DNA of 64,000 nt from an uncultured Acidobacteriota bacterium (GCA_963700145.1 OY969474.1:4384001-4448000), one strand, 5' to 3'. Shown: positions 46,134-55,496, numbered from the stretch's first letter. Made by a program: numbers and translations. Notes: generated by a model from the letters alone, not told the origin.

Positions 46134-49100
46134 ATGAATACTCATAAGTCTATTCTTGTCGGAGTTTGCGCGTTGGCACTGTGGGCGCTCGCCGCGCCGG
46201 TGCAGGCAGTGATCCAGTGCAGCTCGCCGACCCAGTGCTGCCTCGACGACCTCAACGACGCGGGCGCGGTGTGCACGGCCAACGACGTGACGTTCGTCCT
46301 CGTCGGTCTCGGCACCCAAAACGACGGCTGCACCGACACCAGCGACACGGTGAGCATCTTCCTGGGTGCGATCGTCAAGAACACCACCGCCGGCACGCGC
46401 TACGACATCGGTATGTGGATCTCCACCGACGGCGATCCCAACGGCGACGGGGCGCTCACCGGTCAGTGCGCCCGCGAGATGCTCACTCCCGCTTCGCCGA
46501 CGACTTACGTCGACAACGGCATCGCGCCCACCTGCCTGGGGAGCGACGGGAACCTCCTGGACCTCGGGCGCGCGATCGCCGGTCCGAACGGCACGGAGGC
46601 CAACGGCTACTACCTCACGGCGGAGAGCGCCGGCGTCCAGGACGCCTGCGGCGACCTCGCCAAGGGGAGCTCGACCGGCTGCGACACCAACGGTGATGGG
46701 ATTTGGGACGACTCCGTCATGAACTTCACCACGGCGGTCACCGTCCCCTGCGACGACATCGACAACAGCGGTGGGGGTACCTCCGGCGACGGCTTCGTCA
46801 ACCTCCCGACCTGCGCCTCCTGGGGGCAACAGGAAGACGAGGTCGACGACGACGGCGATGACCTGTGCGAGTCGGCGAACGAGATCGAGAACGGCACCCC
46901 CTCCAAGTGCAACTGTGAGGACTCCAACTCGACGATCCCGGTCCCGCGCCTGGCCTGCAACGTCCCCCAGACGGTTTGCAGCCCGGCCAGTATCCAGGTC
47001 GGTCAGTCGACGACCTGCACGGTACGGATGCAGAACAATTCGACCTGCACCCCGGTGATCGTCACTACACCCTCGAACGAGCGCGAGCGCTGCGGCACGG
47101 GGAGCTTCGTCCGCTTCCGCACCGACTTCCCGGAGGCGCTCGGCACGGTCTCGAACGTGTTGATCAATGGTGTCGCGCCGACCGTCCCCGGCGACGGCGT
47201 CGTGACCACCGGCGACGACCACATCCTGTGGACTCCCCGCAGCGGCCCGATCTACTCCGAAAACTCGGCCGGCGTCATGGGCCCGGGCGACGTCGAGACC
47301 CTGACCTACACTTTCACCGCCACCGCGCCGTCGACCGGGACAACCACAATGTCGACGCAGGGCTGGTGGTCCAACAACTCCCTGTTCACCCCGGAGGTGG
47401 CGCAGGCCGCGCTCACCTGCAGCGCGCTGCTGACCACCCCGGTGACCGTGGCCTCCTTCCGCGCCGACCGCACGGGCGGCGTCACCAACTTCGAGTGGAC
47501 GACCGCCACCGAGGTCGGCAACGTCGGCTTCAACCTGCTGGCGCAGACGGCGAAGGGCTGGGAGCGGATCAACCGCGAGCCGATCGCCTCCAAGGTCGTC
47601 GACTCGACACTGCCGCAGAGCTACCGCTACGAGGCCTCCGGTCTCAAGGCCACGGCCTTCCGGCTGGAGGAGATCGACCTCGCGGGCACCGTCGTACCGC
47701 GCGGCGAGTTCACGCTCGGCCAGCCGTACGGCGTGCGGCCGCGGCCGCAGGCGATCGACTGGCAGACGCCGGCGGTACAGGGCGGCAAGAAGTTCGCCGC
47801 GGCGGCCGCCAAGGGCGGCGGCAGCGTCGGCGGCGCCGTCGACAGCGTGAACCTGCTGGTCGGCCAGACCGGAATCCAGCGCGTCAGCTACGAAGCGCTG
47901 GCCGGCGCCGGCCTCGACCTCGCCAGCGTCAACGCCAACCACATCGCGCTGCTCAACCGCGGCGCGGCAGTGCCGCTGCGCCTGGCCGCGCCGGCCGGAA
48001 ACGGCAAGAAGCCCTCCTCCTTCGGTCCCGGGGGCCACGTCGAGTTCTGGGGCGAGGCCCTCGACACCCTGTACACCGGCACCAACGTCTACACCCTGCG
48101 GCGCGAGCCCAGCAGCTCGCGCTCCATCGGCACCGATGCCCGCACGCCGAGCGGCACGCCGCCCGCCTTCTACATGGAGACGACGCGGGTCGAGCGCAAC
48201 GCGCAGTACAGCTTCGGCTCGCCGATCGCCGACCCCTGGTACGACACGCGGATGCTCGCCTTCTCGGCGCCCGCCAGCTTCTCCTTCACGGTCAACGCCG
48301 ACGACTACGTCGCCGGCGCGGCGCCGGCGACCCTGACGGTCGAGCTGTGGGGCTCGTCGGTGTGGCCGGCCGCTCCCGATCACCACTTGCGCGTGGCGCT
48401 CAACGGCGTCCAGGTGGCCGACGCCACCTTCGACGGGCGCGCGGCGCACACCGTCACCGTGCCGGTGCCGGCGGGCGTCCTCCAGGCCGGGGCCAACAGC
48501 TTGACGCTGACGGTGCCGGGCGACCTCGGCACCCAGTTCGACCTGCAGAGCCTTGAGAGCTACTCGCTGAGCTATCCACGGGCCTTCGCGGCCCGCGGCG
48601 GCCGGCTGGAGTTCACTTCCGCCGGTCCCGCCTTCCGCGTGACCGGGCTGGGCAGCTCCGCGGTCGTGGCCTACCGCCTCGACGCCGGCGGGCCGGTGCA
48701 GCTCACCGGCGTGCAGGTGCAGGCGAGCGGCGGCGGCTACGCGGCCACCTTCCCCGGCGGCGCCGCGGCGGCCCGTTACGCCGTCGCCGATGCCTCGGGA
48801 GTCTCCGCCCCGGGCCTGCAGGCGGGCCGCCCGCAGACCGACATCACGAGCGGCAACGCCGACTACCTCGTCATTGCCCACCCGTCCTTCACTGGCGGGT
48901 TGGGATCGCTGGTCAACCTGCACCAGTCGGCGGGGCGCTCGGTCAAGGTGGTGAACGTCGAGGACGTCTACGCGCAGTTCGGGCACGGCATCTTCGACCC
49001 GCAGCCGATCCGCGACTACATCGCCCACGCGGTGAACCGGATGGGCACCGAATACGTGCTGCTGGTCGGCGGCGACAGCTACGACTACCGCAACTACCTG

Positions 49101-49898
49101 GGCGCCGGCTCGGTCAGCTTCCTGCCGACGCTCTACGTCGCCACCGGCAACCAGATCTTCTTCGCGCCGGCCGACCCGCTGTTGGCTGACGCCGACGGCG
49201 ACCGGGTGCCGGACGTGGCCATCGGACGGTTCCCGGTGCGGACGGCGGCGGAGCTGGACGCGATGATCGCCAAGACCTGGGACTACGCCGGCAAGGACTA
49301 CAACGGTACGGCAATCATGGCGGCGGACCTCTTCGACCAGCGCGCCAAGATGTCGTTCAAGTTCCACAGCGACCAGATCCTGGAGAAGCTCGGCGGCGAC
49401 TGGACGGCGCAGAAGGCCTACCTCGACGACATCAGCCTGGCCGACGCCCGGTCGCGGCTGCTGGCCTCGCTCAACCAGGGGACGGCGCTGACTTCCTACG
49501 TCGGGCACTCCGGGCCGACGGCGTGGACCTTCTCGGGCCTCTTCTCGAGCGGCGACGCGACCGGTCTGAACAACGCGGGCCGGCCGACGGTCGTCGTGCA
49601 GTGGGGGTGCTGGAACGCCTACCACGTCGAGCCGCTCTACAACACCTTGGGGCACAGCTTCCTGCTCTTCGGCGACCGCGGCGCGGCGGCGGTCCTGGGC
49701 TCGGCGACCCTGATGGAGACGGCGTCGGCGCAGCGCCTCAGCGACAAGCTGGCGCCGCTGATCGGTGCCCCGGGCCGGAGCCTCGGCAGTGCGGTGACGG
49801 CGGCCAAGCAGGAGCTGGCGCGCGAAGCGCCGGAGCTGGCCGACGCGATTCTCGGTTGGACGATCCTCGGCGACCCGGCGCTGGTGATCGAGCCGTAA
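46134..49898 (+). CDS. Secreted C25-family (gingipain-like) cysteine peptidase with Cys-rich N-terminal domain
   Basis: Signal peptide; ADYLVIAH, VEDVYAQFGHG, YVLLVGGDSYD, PDVAIGRFP, YVGHS (His), QWGCWN (Cys), C-terminal LGDPAL. Confidence 0.88.
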   Translation: MNTHKSILVGVCALALWALAAPVQAVIQCSSPTQCCLDDLNDAGAVCTANDVTFVLVGLGTQNDGCTDTSDTVSIFLGAIVKNTTAGTRYDIGMWISTDGDPNGDGALTGQCAREMLTPASPTTYVDNGIAPTCLGSDGNLLDLGRAIAGPNGTEANGYYLTAESAGVQDACGDLAKGSSTGCDTNGDGIWDDSVMNFTTAVTVPCDDIDNSGGGTSGDGFVNLPTCASWGQQEDEVDDDGDDLCESANEIENGTPSKCNCEDSNSTIPVPRLACNVPQTVCSPASIQVGQSTTCTVRMQNNSTCTPVIVTTPSNERERCGTGSFVRFRTDFPEALGTVSNVLINGVAPTVPGDGVVTTGDDHILWTPRSGPIYSENSAGVMGPGDVETLTYTFTATAPSTGTTTMSTQGWWSNNSLFTPEVAQAALTCSALLTTPVTVASFRADRTGGVTNFEWTTATEVGNVGFNLLAQTAKGWERINREPIASKVVDSTLPQSYRYEASGLKATAFRLEEIDLAGTVVPRGEFTLGQPYGVRPRPQAIDWQTPAVQGGKKFAAAAAKGGGSVGGAVDSVNLLVGQTGIQRVSYEALAGAGLDLASVNANHIALLNRGAAVPLRLAAPAGNGKKPSSFGPGGHVEFWGEALDTLYTGTNVYTLRREPSSSRSIGTDARTPSGTPPAFYMETTRVERNAQYSFGSPIADPWYDTRMLAFSAPASFSFTVNADDYVAGAAPATLTVELWGSSVWPAAPDHHLRVALNGVQVADATFDGRAAHTVTVPVPAGVLQAGANSLTLTVPGDLGTQFDLQSLESYSLSYPRAFAARGGRLEFTSAGPAFRVTGLGSSAVVAYRLDAGGPVQLTGVQVQASGGGYAATFPGGAAAARYAVADASGVSAPGLQAGRPQTDITSGNADYLVIAHPSFTGGLGSLVNLHQSAGRSVKVVNVEDVYAQFGHGIFDPQPIRDYIAHAVNRMGTEYVLLVGGDSYDYRNYLGAGSVSFLPTLYVATGNQIFFAPADPLLADADGDRVPDVAIGRFPVRTAAELDAMIAKTWDYAGKDYNGTAIMAADLFDQRAKMSFKFHSDQILEKLGGDWTAQKAYLDDISLADARSRLLASLNQGTALTSYVGHSGPTAWTFSGLFSSGDATGLNNAGRPTVVVQWGCWNAYHVEPLYNTLGHSFLLFGDRGAAAVLGSATLMETASAQRLSDKLAPLIGAPGRSLGSAVTAAKQELAREAPELADAILGWTILGDPALVIEP

Positions 49899-49934
49899 CC
49901 TTCAAGGGCACGGCGCTTCCTATGACGTCCTGCG

Positions 49935-49971
49935 ACGCCCGACGGCCCGGTCCGTCGGGCGTTTTCATTTT
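49935..49971 (+). terminator. Intrinsic terminator after the C25 peptidase gene
   Basis: Stem acgcccgacgg / ccgtcgggcgt, 6-nt loop, followed by tttcatttt. Confidence 0.75.
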
Positions 49972-49974
49972 CAT

Positions 49975-51858
49975 ATGTCCGGCCTGCTGCTGATCCATCA
50001 CCGCGACGGGCGGCCGGTCGAACGGCCGCTCGCGGCGCGGCTCCTGGCGGCCCTCGACCACCGCGGCCCGGACAGCCGCGACATCTGCTGGGTCTCCGGC
50101 GCCGCCCTCGGCCACCAGCATTTCTGGACCACCCCCGAGGAGATCGGCGAGCGCCAGCCGCTCGGCGACGCGGCACGCGGCGTCCACCTGGCGCTCGACG
50201 GCCGGCTCGACAACCGCGAGGAGCTGATCGCGGCCCTGCCGGACGATCCCGGCACGGAGCTCTCCGACGCCGCGCTCGTGCTGCGCGCCTATCTCACCTG
50301 GGGCGAGGAGCTCTTCACCCGCCTGCTCGGGCCGCTCGCCGTCGTCGTGCTCGACCTCCAGCGGCGGCGGGTGGTCTGCGGCCGCGACGCCCTCGGCGAC
50401 CGCACGCTCTTCTATTACCTCGACCGGCAGGTGCTCGCCGTGGCCTCCGAAGCGCACGCGCTGCTCGGCCATCCGAGCGTGTCGTCGCGGCTCGACGAGG
50501 CGACCGTGGCGCGCTTCTACGCTCTCCGGGCGCCGGCCCACGGCGCTTCGTTCTTCGCCGACGTGCACGAGCTGCCGCCGGCCCACGGCCTCTCCGTCGG
50601 CCCCGAAGGCGCCCGGCAGTGGCGCCATTGGAGCCCGCGCGTCGAGGCGTCGCCGCACCGCCGGAGCGACGCCGACCACGTCGCGGAGTTCCGCGCGGTG
50701 CTGCGCGAGAGCGTGCGCTGCCGGCTGCGTGCCGACGGGCCCTCTGCGGTGCTGATGAGCGGCGGCCTCGACTCGACCTCGGTCGCGGCGCTCGCCGCGC
50801 GCGAGACGGCCGACGCGGACCCGAGACGGCGGCCCCTCGCGGTCTCCTGGGTCTTCAACGAGCTGACGTCGATCGACGAGCGCTCCTACATGGATCCGGT
50901 GGTCGAGGCGGCCGGCCTCGCAACCCTGCGCTTCGCCGGCGACGACGCCTGGCCGCTCGCCGATCCCGAGACCTGGCCGCACCACCCCGACGCGCCGCTC
51001 GAAGGGCTGTTTCGCCGCTTGCGCCAGCGCGCCTACGCCGCCGCGGCCGGCGCGGGCCGCCGGGTGCTGCTCACCGGGGAGTACGGCGACAACCTCTACA
51101 CCGGCCACGTCGACTGGCTGAGCGACTTGGTCCGCGAGGGCCGCTGGCTGGCCGCCGGGCGTGGTCTCCTCTCGGGTCTGCGGCCGGAGAACCGGCGGGC
51201 GCCCGGCGCGACGGTCGGCGACGCAGTCGTCCGTGCCCTGGGCGGGCGGCGGTACGAGCCGCAGGCACCCGACTGGCTGACGGTCGAGGCCCTCGCTCAT
51301 CTCGATGGCGAGGACGAGTCCGCCCCGCTCGGCCTCACCGCCGGGCGCCGCGAGCGCTGGGACGCCCTGCTCGACGGCCGCAGCTCGCAGGCCGTCGCAC
51401 TCGAGACTGCCAACGCCGCCCGCGCCGGCATCGAGCTGCGCCGTCCGTACCGCGACCGCCGCCTGGTCGAGCTCTGTCTGGGGCTCCCGGCGCACCTCGT
51501 CTTCCGCCCGGGCTGGTTGAAATGGATCTTGCGGCAGGCCATGGCGGGGATCCTTCCCGAGGCGGTCCGCCGGCGCCGCCACGGCAGCTCGCTCTTCCCG
51601 CTCTGCCGCCGCGGGCTCGTCGAGCGCGAGGCGGCGACGGCGGACGCGCTGCTGCAATCGCCCATAGCGATATGGCCGCGATACGTCCGCGCCGATTGGC
51701 TGGCGGCGGCCTATCCCCGCGCTCTCGCCGAGCAGCGCCAAGGCGTCGCGGCTGTGATAGCGTGGCGCTGTATCTGCATGGAGTTGTGGAGCCAACGCCG
51801 TCGCGGCGAGGCGTTCGTCGCCTCTGCCGTGCCGGCGGAACTTTTCATGGTGGGATGA
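49975..51858 (+). CDS. Lasso peptide cyclase (asparagine synthase-like, C protein)
   Basis: Begins MSG (no Ntn Cys); RGPD, GRLDNREEL, RDALGDR, MSGGLDS, TGEYGD, PYRDRRLVE, KWILRQAM; directly upstream of the precursor. Confidence 0.88.
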   Translation: MSGLLLIHHRDGRPVERPLAARLLAALDHRGPDSRDICWVSGAALGHQHFWTTPEEIGERQPLGDAARGVHLALDGRLDNREELIAALPDDPGTELSDAALVLRAYLTWGEELFTRLLGPLAVVVLDLQRRRVVCGRDALGDRTLFYYLDRQVLAVASEAHALLGHPSVSSRLDEATVARFYALRAPAHGASFFADVHELPPAHGLSVGPEGARQWRHWSPRVEASPHRRSDADHVAEFRAVLRESVRCRLRADGPSAVLMSGGLDSTSVAALAARETADADPRRRPLAVSWVFNELTSIDERSYMDPVVEAAGLATLRFAGDDAWPLADPETWPHHPDAPLEGLFRRLRQRAYAAAAGAGRRVLLTGEYGDNLYTGHVDWLSDLVREGRWLAAGRGLLSGLRPENRRAPGATVGDAVVRALGGRRYEPQAPDWLTVEALAHLDGEDESAPLGLTAGRRERWDALLDGRSSQAVALETANAARAGIELRRPYRDRRLVELCLGLPAHLVFRPGWLKWILRQAMAGILPEAVRRRRHGSSLFPLCRRGLVEREAATADALLQSPIAIWPRYVRADWLAAAYPRALAEQRQGVAAVIAWRCICMELWSQRRRGEAFVASAVPAELFMVG

Positions 51859-52067
51859 CGATGAAGCCCGAGGAAACGTCGATGAAGCCAGAGACCGCGA
51901 GGACCTTGCTGCAGCCAGAGACCGCAGGGATGCCGGCGCCGAGCCGGCGTGCCTACACGCGCCCGCGGCTCGAGGTTCTGGGCGACATCCGGGACCTCAC
52001 TCTGGGCGGTACTCCGGGCGTCGGCGACAGCGGCGATCCGGTGAACTTCGATCCCCCTCAGCCCTAG
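51855..52067 (+). CDS. Lasso peptide precursor (A); predicted core GGTPGVGDSGDPVNFDPPQP at 52005-52064
   Basis: Leader YTRPRL (YxxPxL), G-D, Thr at -2; core Gly1 with Asp8; ATG overlaps the cyclase TGA; alternative ATGs at 51861 and 51882; not called separately in the ORF track. Confidence 0.9.
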   Translation: MTMKPEETSMKPETARTLLQPETAGMPAPSRRAYTRPRLEVLGDIRDLTLGGTPGVGDSGDPVNFDPPQP

Positions 52068-52074
52068 CAGGCCC

Positions 52075-52878
52075 GTGACCGGGCTCACAGACGTCCCTCC
52101 TCTGACCCGACGAGGCTCGGGCGGCGAGAGCGCCGTGCTGTTCGACGGCGAGGCGCCGGTTGCCGGGCAGACGCGCCGCGTGCGCTGCGTCCTCCAGCCT
52201 GACGTCTACCGCATCGAGATTGAAGGCGCCGGCACCTTCGCCGTGGCGCGCACCGGCGGCGCCGTCACGGTGCTCGGCGGCGCCGCGGCCGGCACGGCTG
52301 CCGGCGACACGGCCCTCGCGGCGGCGCTCGCCGGTCCGCCGCTCGCGCTCGGCTTCGCCCTCCGCGGCACGTTCTGTCTCCACGCCAGCGCCGTCGAACG
52401 GGAGGGGCGCGCGATCGCTTTCCTCGGCGAATCGGGGGCGGGCAAGTCGACTCTGGCCCGGCTGTTGGCGGGCTTGCCGGACGGCGGCTGGCGGCGGCTC
52501 GCCGACGACCTGCTGCCGGTAGCGCTTTCGCCAGGCGGGCCGGAGGCGCGGCCGCGCTTCCCCCAGCCGGGGATCGGCGGCGCCGCCGCCGCGGCGCTCC
52601 CGGAGCGCCTGCCGCTCGCCGCGGTCTACGTGCTCGCCGGGCCCGCCGGCGAGGTTGCGATCACCCCTCTGGCCGGCCGCGCCGGAGCGCTGGCGCTGGT
52701 CCGGCACACGGTGGCCGCCCGCCTCTTCGCCGCCGACCTCCTCGCCCGCCACCTGGAGCACGCCGCTGCGGTCGCCGCCGCCGCGCCGGTGCGGGTCCTG
52801 ACCTACCCGTGGACGGCGGACGCTCTCGCCGCGGTCGCGGCGGCGCTGGCGGCGGCGCTGGAGCGGCGCGATGGCTGA
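52075..52878 (+). CDS. HPr kinase-like lasso peptide kinase (K)
   Basis: LHASAV, GESGAGKSTLA, LADD motifs; lies between precursor and RRE. Confidence 0.85.
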   Translation: MTGLTDVPPLTRRGSGGESAVLFDGEAPVAGQTRRVRCVLQPDVYRIEIEGAGTFAVARTGGAVTVLGGAAAGTAAGDTALAAALAGPPLALGFALRGTFCLHASAVEREGRAIAFLGESGAGKSTLARLLAGLPDGGWRRLADDLLPVALSPGGPEARPRFPQPGIGGAAAAALPERLPLAAVYVLAGPAGEVAITPLAGRAGALALVRHTVAARLFAADLLARHLEHAAAVAAAAPVRVLTYPWTADALAAVAAALAAALERRDG

Positions 52879-53164
52879 GACGGAGCTGGCCGCCGGCACC
52901 CGCCTCCGCCCGCGCGACGGCGTCCTCTTCCGCGACCTCGACGGCGAGGCGGTCCTCCTCGACTCGACGCGCGGCACCTACTTCGGCCTCAACGAGGTGG
53001 GGACCCGCGCCTGGGCCCTGCTCGCCGGCGGCGCCACGCTGGCGGAGGCCCTCGCCGTCCTCCTCGCCGACTTCGAGGCGCCGCGCGAGCAGGTCTGGCC
53101 CGACCTGCAGGCGCTGGTGCGCGAGCTCGCCCGCCATGAGCTGGTGGAAGTCGTCGCGCCGTAA
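52871..53164 (+). CDS. PqqD-family RiPP recognition element (lasso B1)
   Basis: DLDGEAVLLD..GTYFGLNEVGTRAWALL; DLQALVRELA..LV. Confidence 0.9.
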   Translation: MAETELAAGTRLRPRDGVLFRDLDGEAVLLDSTRGTYFGLNEVGTRAWALLAGGATLAEALAVLLADFEAPREQVWPDLQALVRELARHELVEVVAP

Positions 53165-53594
53165 GCTGGCGCGCTTCGCGGCGCTCTCCTGGCGCGACCG
53201 CGCCACCCTGCTCGCCGTCTTCGGCTCCCTCCTCGCCGTCGAGGCGGCGCTCCGCCTCCTCGGGCTGGCGCGGACGCGGCGGCTCTTCGCCCCGCGCCGC
53301 GGCCGCGTGCCGCCGCCCGCCGCTGCCGAGGTCGAGCGCCTCGCCGCTCTCGCGGTGGCCGCCTGTCGCGCCGTCTATCCCGCCGCCTGCCTGCCGCGCG
53401 CGCTCGCCCTGCAGCGCCTCCTCGCCGGCCGCGGCGCCCCGGCCGCGCTCAAGATCGGCGTTCGCCGCGACGGCGAGGAGCTGGCGGCCCACGCCTGGGT
53501 CGAGGTCGACGGGCGGCCGGTGGGGGAGCCGGCGGGGATCGAGGAGCGGTTCGCGGAGCTGCGGGACGCGCGAGGGTCGTCACACCCCGCGTGA
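53136..53594 (+). CDS. Lasso peptide leader peptidase (B2, transglutaminase-like)
   Basis: CLPRALAL, LKIGV, AHAWVE catalytic motifs; ATG at 53136. Confidence 0.9.
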   Translation: MSWWKSSRRKLARFAALSWRDRATLLAVFGSLLAVEAALRLLGLARTRRLFAPRRGRVPPPAAAEVERLAALAVAACRAVYPAACLPRALALQRLLAGRGAPAALKIGVRRDGEELAAHAWVEVDGRPVGEPAGIEERFAELRDARGSSHPA

Positions 53595-54974
53595 GGTGAG
53601 CACGATCTTCAAGGTCCGCAGCAGGATCGAGAGGTCCAGCCAGAAGCTCCAATTGGCCATGTAGGCGAGGTCGTAGCGCAGCTTGTTCTGTGCGCTCGAG
53701 TGGTAGTCGCCGTTGACCTGCGCCAAGCCGGTCAATCCCGGCGAGAGAGTGAAGCGCTCGGCGTATCCCGGCACCTCGCGCAGGTAACGCTGCACGAACC
53801 CCGGCCGCTCGGGGCGCGGCCCCACCAGGCTCATCTCGCCGACCAGGACGTTCCACAGCTGGGGAAACTCGTCGAGGCGGTAGCGGCGGAGGAAGCCGCC
53901 GATCGACGTCAGCCGCGGGTCGTCCAGCGTCGCCATCACCTCGCCGCTCGCGGTCTCGGCGTCCGCGCGCATGGTGCGGAGCTTGTGCAGCGTGAAGAGG
54001 CGCTGCCCGCGGCCCACCCGCGTCTGGCGGTAGAGGACGGGGCCCGGGGAGGTGAGGTGCACCGCCAGCGCGCAGAGCGCCATGACCGGCAGGGCGGCGG
54101 CGAAGAGGAGCGATCCCCCGGCGAGGTCGAGCAGCCGCTTGAGCGGCCGGTTCAGGAGCCACTCCGACTCGCGCACCACCTCGATGAGCGGCAGGTCGTG
54201 CACCCAGCGATAGCGCATGCGCCCGATCAGGCTTTCGAAGGGACCCGGCAGCAGCAGGATGTTGGTGTGGTCGGGGCGGGTGCCGGCGAGGCGGTCCACC
54301 AGCAGGGTCTGCCAGCCGGTGCCGGCGGGGGCGAGGATCAGGTCGTCGATGAGGCCGGCGGCGAGGAGCGCCGCCAGGTCGTCGTGCGCTCCCAGGCGCG
54401 GTCCCAGCGCCGGCTCGTCGGCGGGCGGCCGGCCGGCGGCCTCCTCGTCCGGCGTCGGCACGAACCCGACCACCTGCACGCCGAGGCCCTGGCCCGCGAT
54501 GGCGCGCGCGAGCTCCGCCGCCGCCTCGCCGGCGCCGACGATCGCCACCCGCCGCTCACGCAGCGGCACGAGGCGGAGCAGCGCCAGCCGCCAGACGAGG
54601 AGGAGGAGCCAGTCGATGAGGATGTAGAGCAACAGGATCGAACGCGGGAACTCGCGGTTGGTGAAGAAGAAGTAGCCGATCAGCACCGCGATCTGGATCG
54701 CCAGCGCGGCGGCCAGCGCGCGCGCCAGCTCGGGGCGGTTGCGCCGCCGCGGCTCGTCGTAGAGACCGAGGGCGTAGAGACAGCCGAGCTGCGCGAGAAG
54801 CACGGCCGGCCACTCGCGAAAGAGGAAGGCGAGGCGGTCGCGCGGCAGGAGCGCTTCGGTGAACGGAAGCGGCAGATGGATGCGGAGCTGGAAAGCGAGC
54901 CAGAGTGCCGCCAGCGCCAGCGCCGCGTCGCCGGCCAGGCGCAGCGCGCGCAGGCCCAGAGGGGCACGGGTCAC
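53580..54974 (-). CDS. Undecaprenyl-phosphate sugar phosphotransferase (WcaJ/WbaP-like priming transferase)
   Basis: KRLLDL, SPGPVLYRQTRVG, KLRTM, DPRLT, RLDEFPQL, GEMSLVGPRPERP, PGLTGLAQV. Confidence 0.92.
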   Translation of the reverse strand: MTRAPLGLRALRLAGDAALALAALWLAFQLRIHLPLPFTEALLPRDRLAFLFREWPAVLLAQLGCLYALGLYDEPRRRNRPELARALAAALAIQIAVLIGYFFFTNREFPRSILLLYILIDWLLLLVWRLALLRLVPLRERRVAIVGAGEAAAELARAIAGQGLGVQVVGFVPTPDEEAAGRPPADEPALGPRLGAHDDLAALLAAGLIDDLILAPAGTGWQTLLVDRLAGTRPDHTNILLLPGPFESLIGRMRYRWVHDLPLIEVVRESEWLLNRPLKRLLDLAGGSLLFAAALPVMALCALAVHLTSPGPVLYRQTRVGRGQRLFTLHKLRTMRADAETASGEVMATLDDPRLTSIGGFLRRYRLDEFPQLWNVLVGEMSLVGPRPERPGFVQRYLREVPGYAERFTLSPGLTGLAQVNGDYHSSAQNKLRYDLAYMANWSFWLDLSILLRTLKIVLTSRGV

Positions 54975-55019
54975 GCGACGACTTTACATGACGCGCGTCG
55001 CCCGCTAGGCTGATCGATC

Positions 55020-55496
55020 ATGCGCCAGAACGTCTCGTCCGCCTGTGCGGTGCTCGCGGTCCTCCTCTGCGCCGGCGCCGTCGCGGCGCAGGAGCGCAGC
55101 CTTCGTTTCGAGAAGACCGTCGACTGGCAGCTCGGCAAGCCGATCGCGCTGAACGCCACGGTCGGCCCGGTGCGAGTCGCGAGCGTCGAGTTCCGGAAAG
55201 GGGAGGCGGGGGGCGGCGGGCCGGGCGGCGCGATCCTCGGCAGGCTGCGCGGCGCCTCCGAGACGGAGGCCACCGTGACCGCCGCCTTCGACACCGAGAA
55301 CCCCTCCGCCGACGAGTGGGTGGTGACGTACACCCTCGACTTCCTCGACGCCAAGGGGAAGCTCATCGACCGGGCGAGCGGCAAGGAGCAGTTCGAGGGG
55401 GAAGCCGACGTCTACCGCCTCGACCACGCCATCCTCGAGTACGTCCTCCCCTTCGTCGACCGGGTGAAGGTGCGGCTCGAGGCCAAGTACGACTAG
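55020..55496 (+). CDS. Secreted hypothetical protein
   Basis: Signal peptide ending AVAA-QE; strong coding bias; abuts metF. Confidence 0.7.
   Translation: MRQNVSSACAVLAVLLCAGAVAAQERSLRFEKTVDWQLGKPIALNATVGPVRVASVEFRKGEAGGGGPGGAILGRLRGASETEATVTAAFDTENPSADEWVVTYTLDFLDAKGKLIDRASGKEQFEGEADVYRLDHAILEYVLPFVDRVKVRLEAKYD

Noticed and set aside
46107-49655. 1182-aa minus-strand ORF
   Set aside because: Antisense mirror of the C25 peptidase
51861-51930. Repeated (K/Q)PE(E)T units in the lasso leader as multiple cores
   Set aside because: Short degenerate duplications upstream of the YxxP motif with no cyclisable core; they only make the start codon ambiguous
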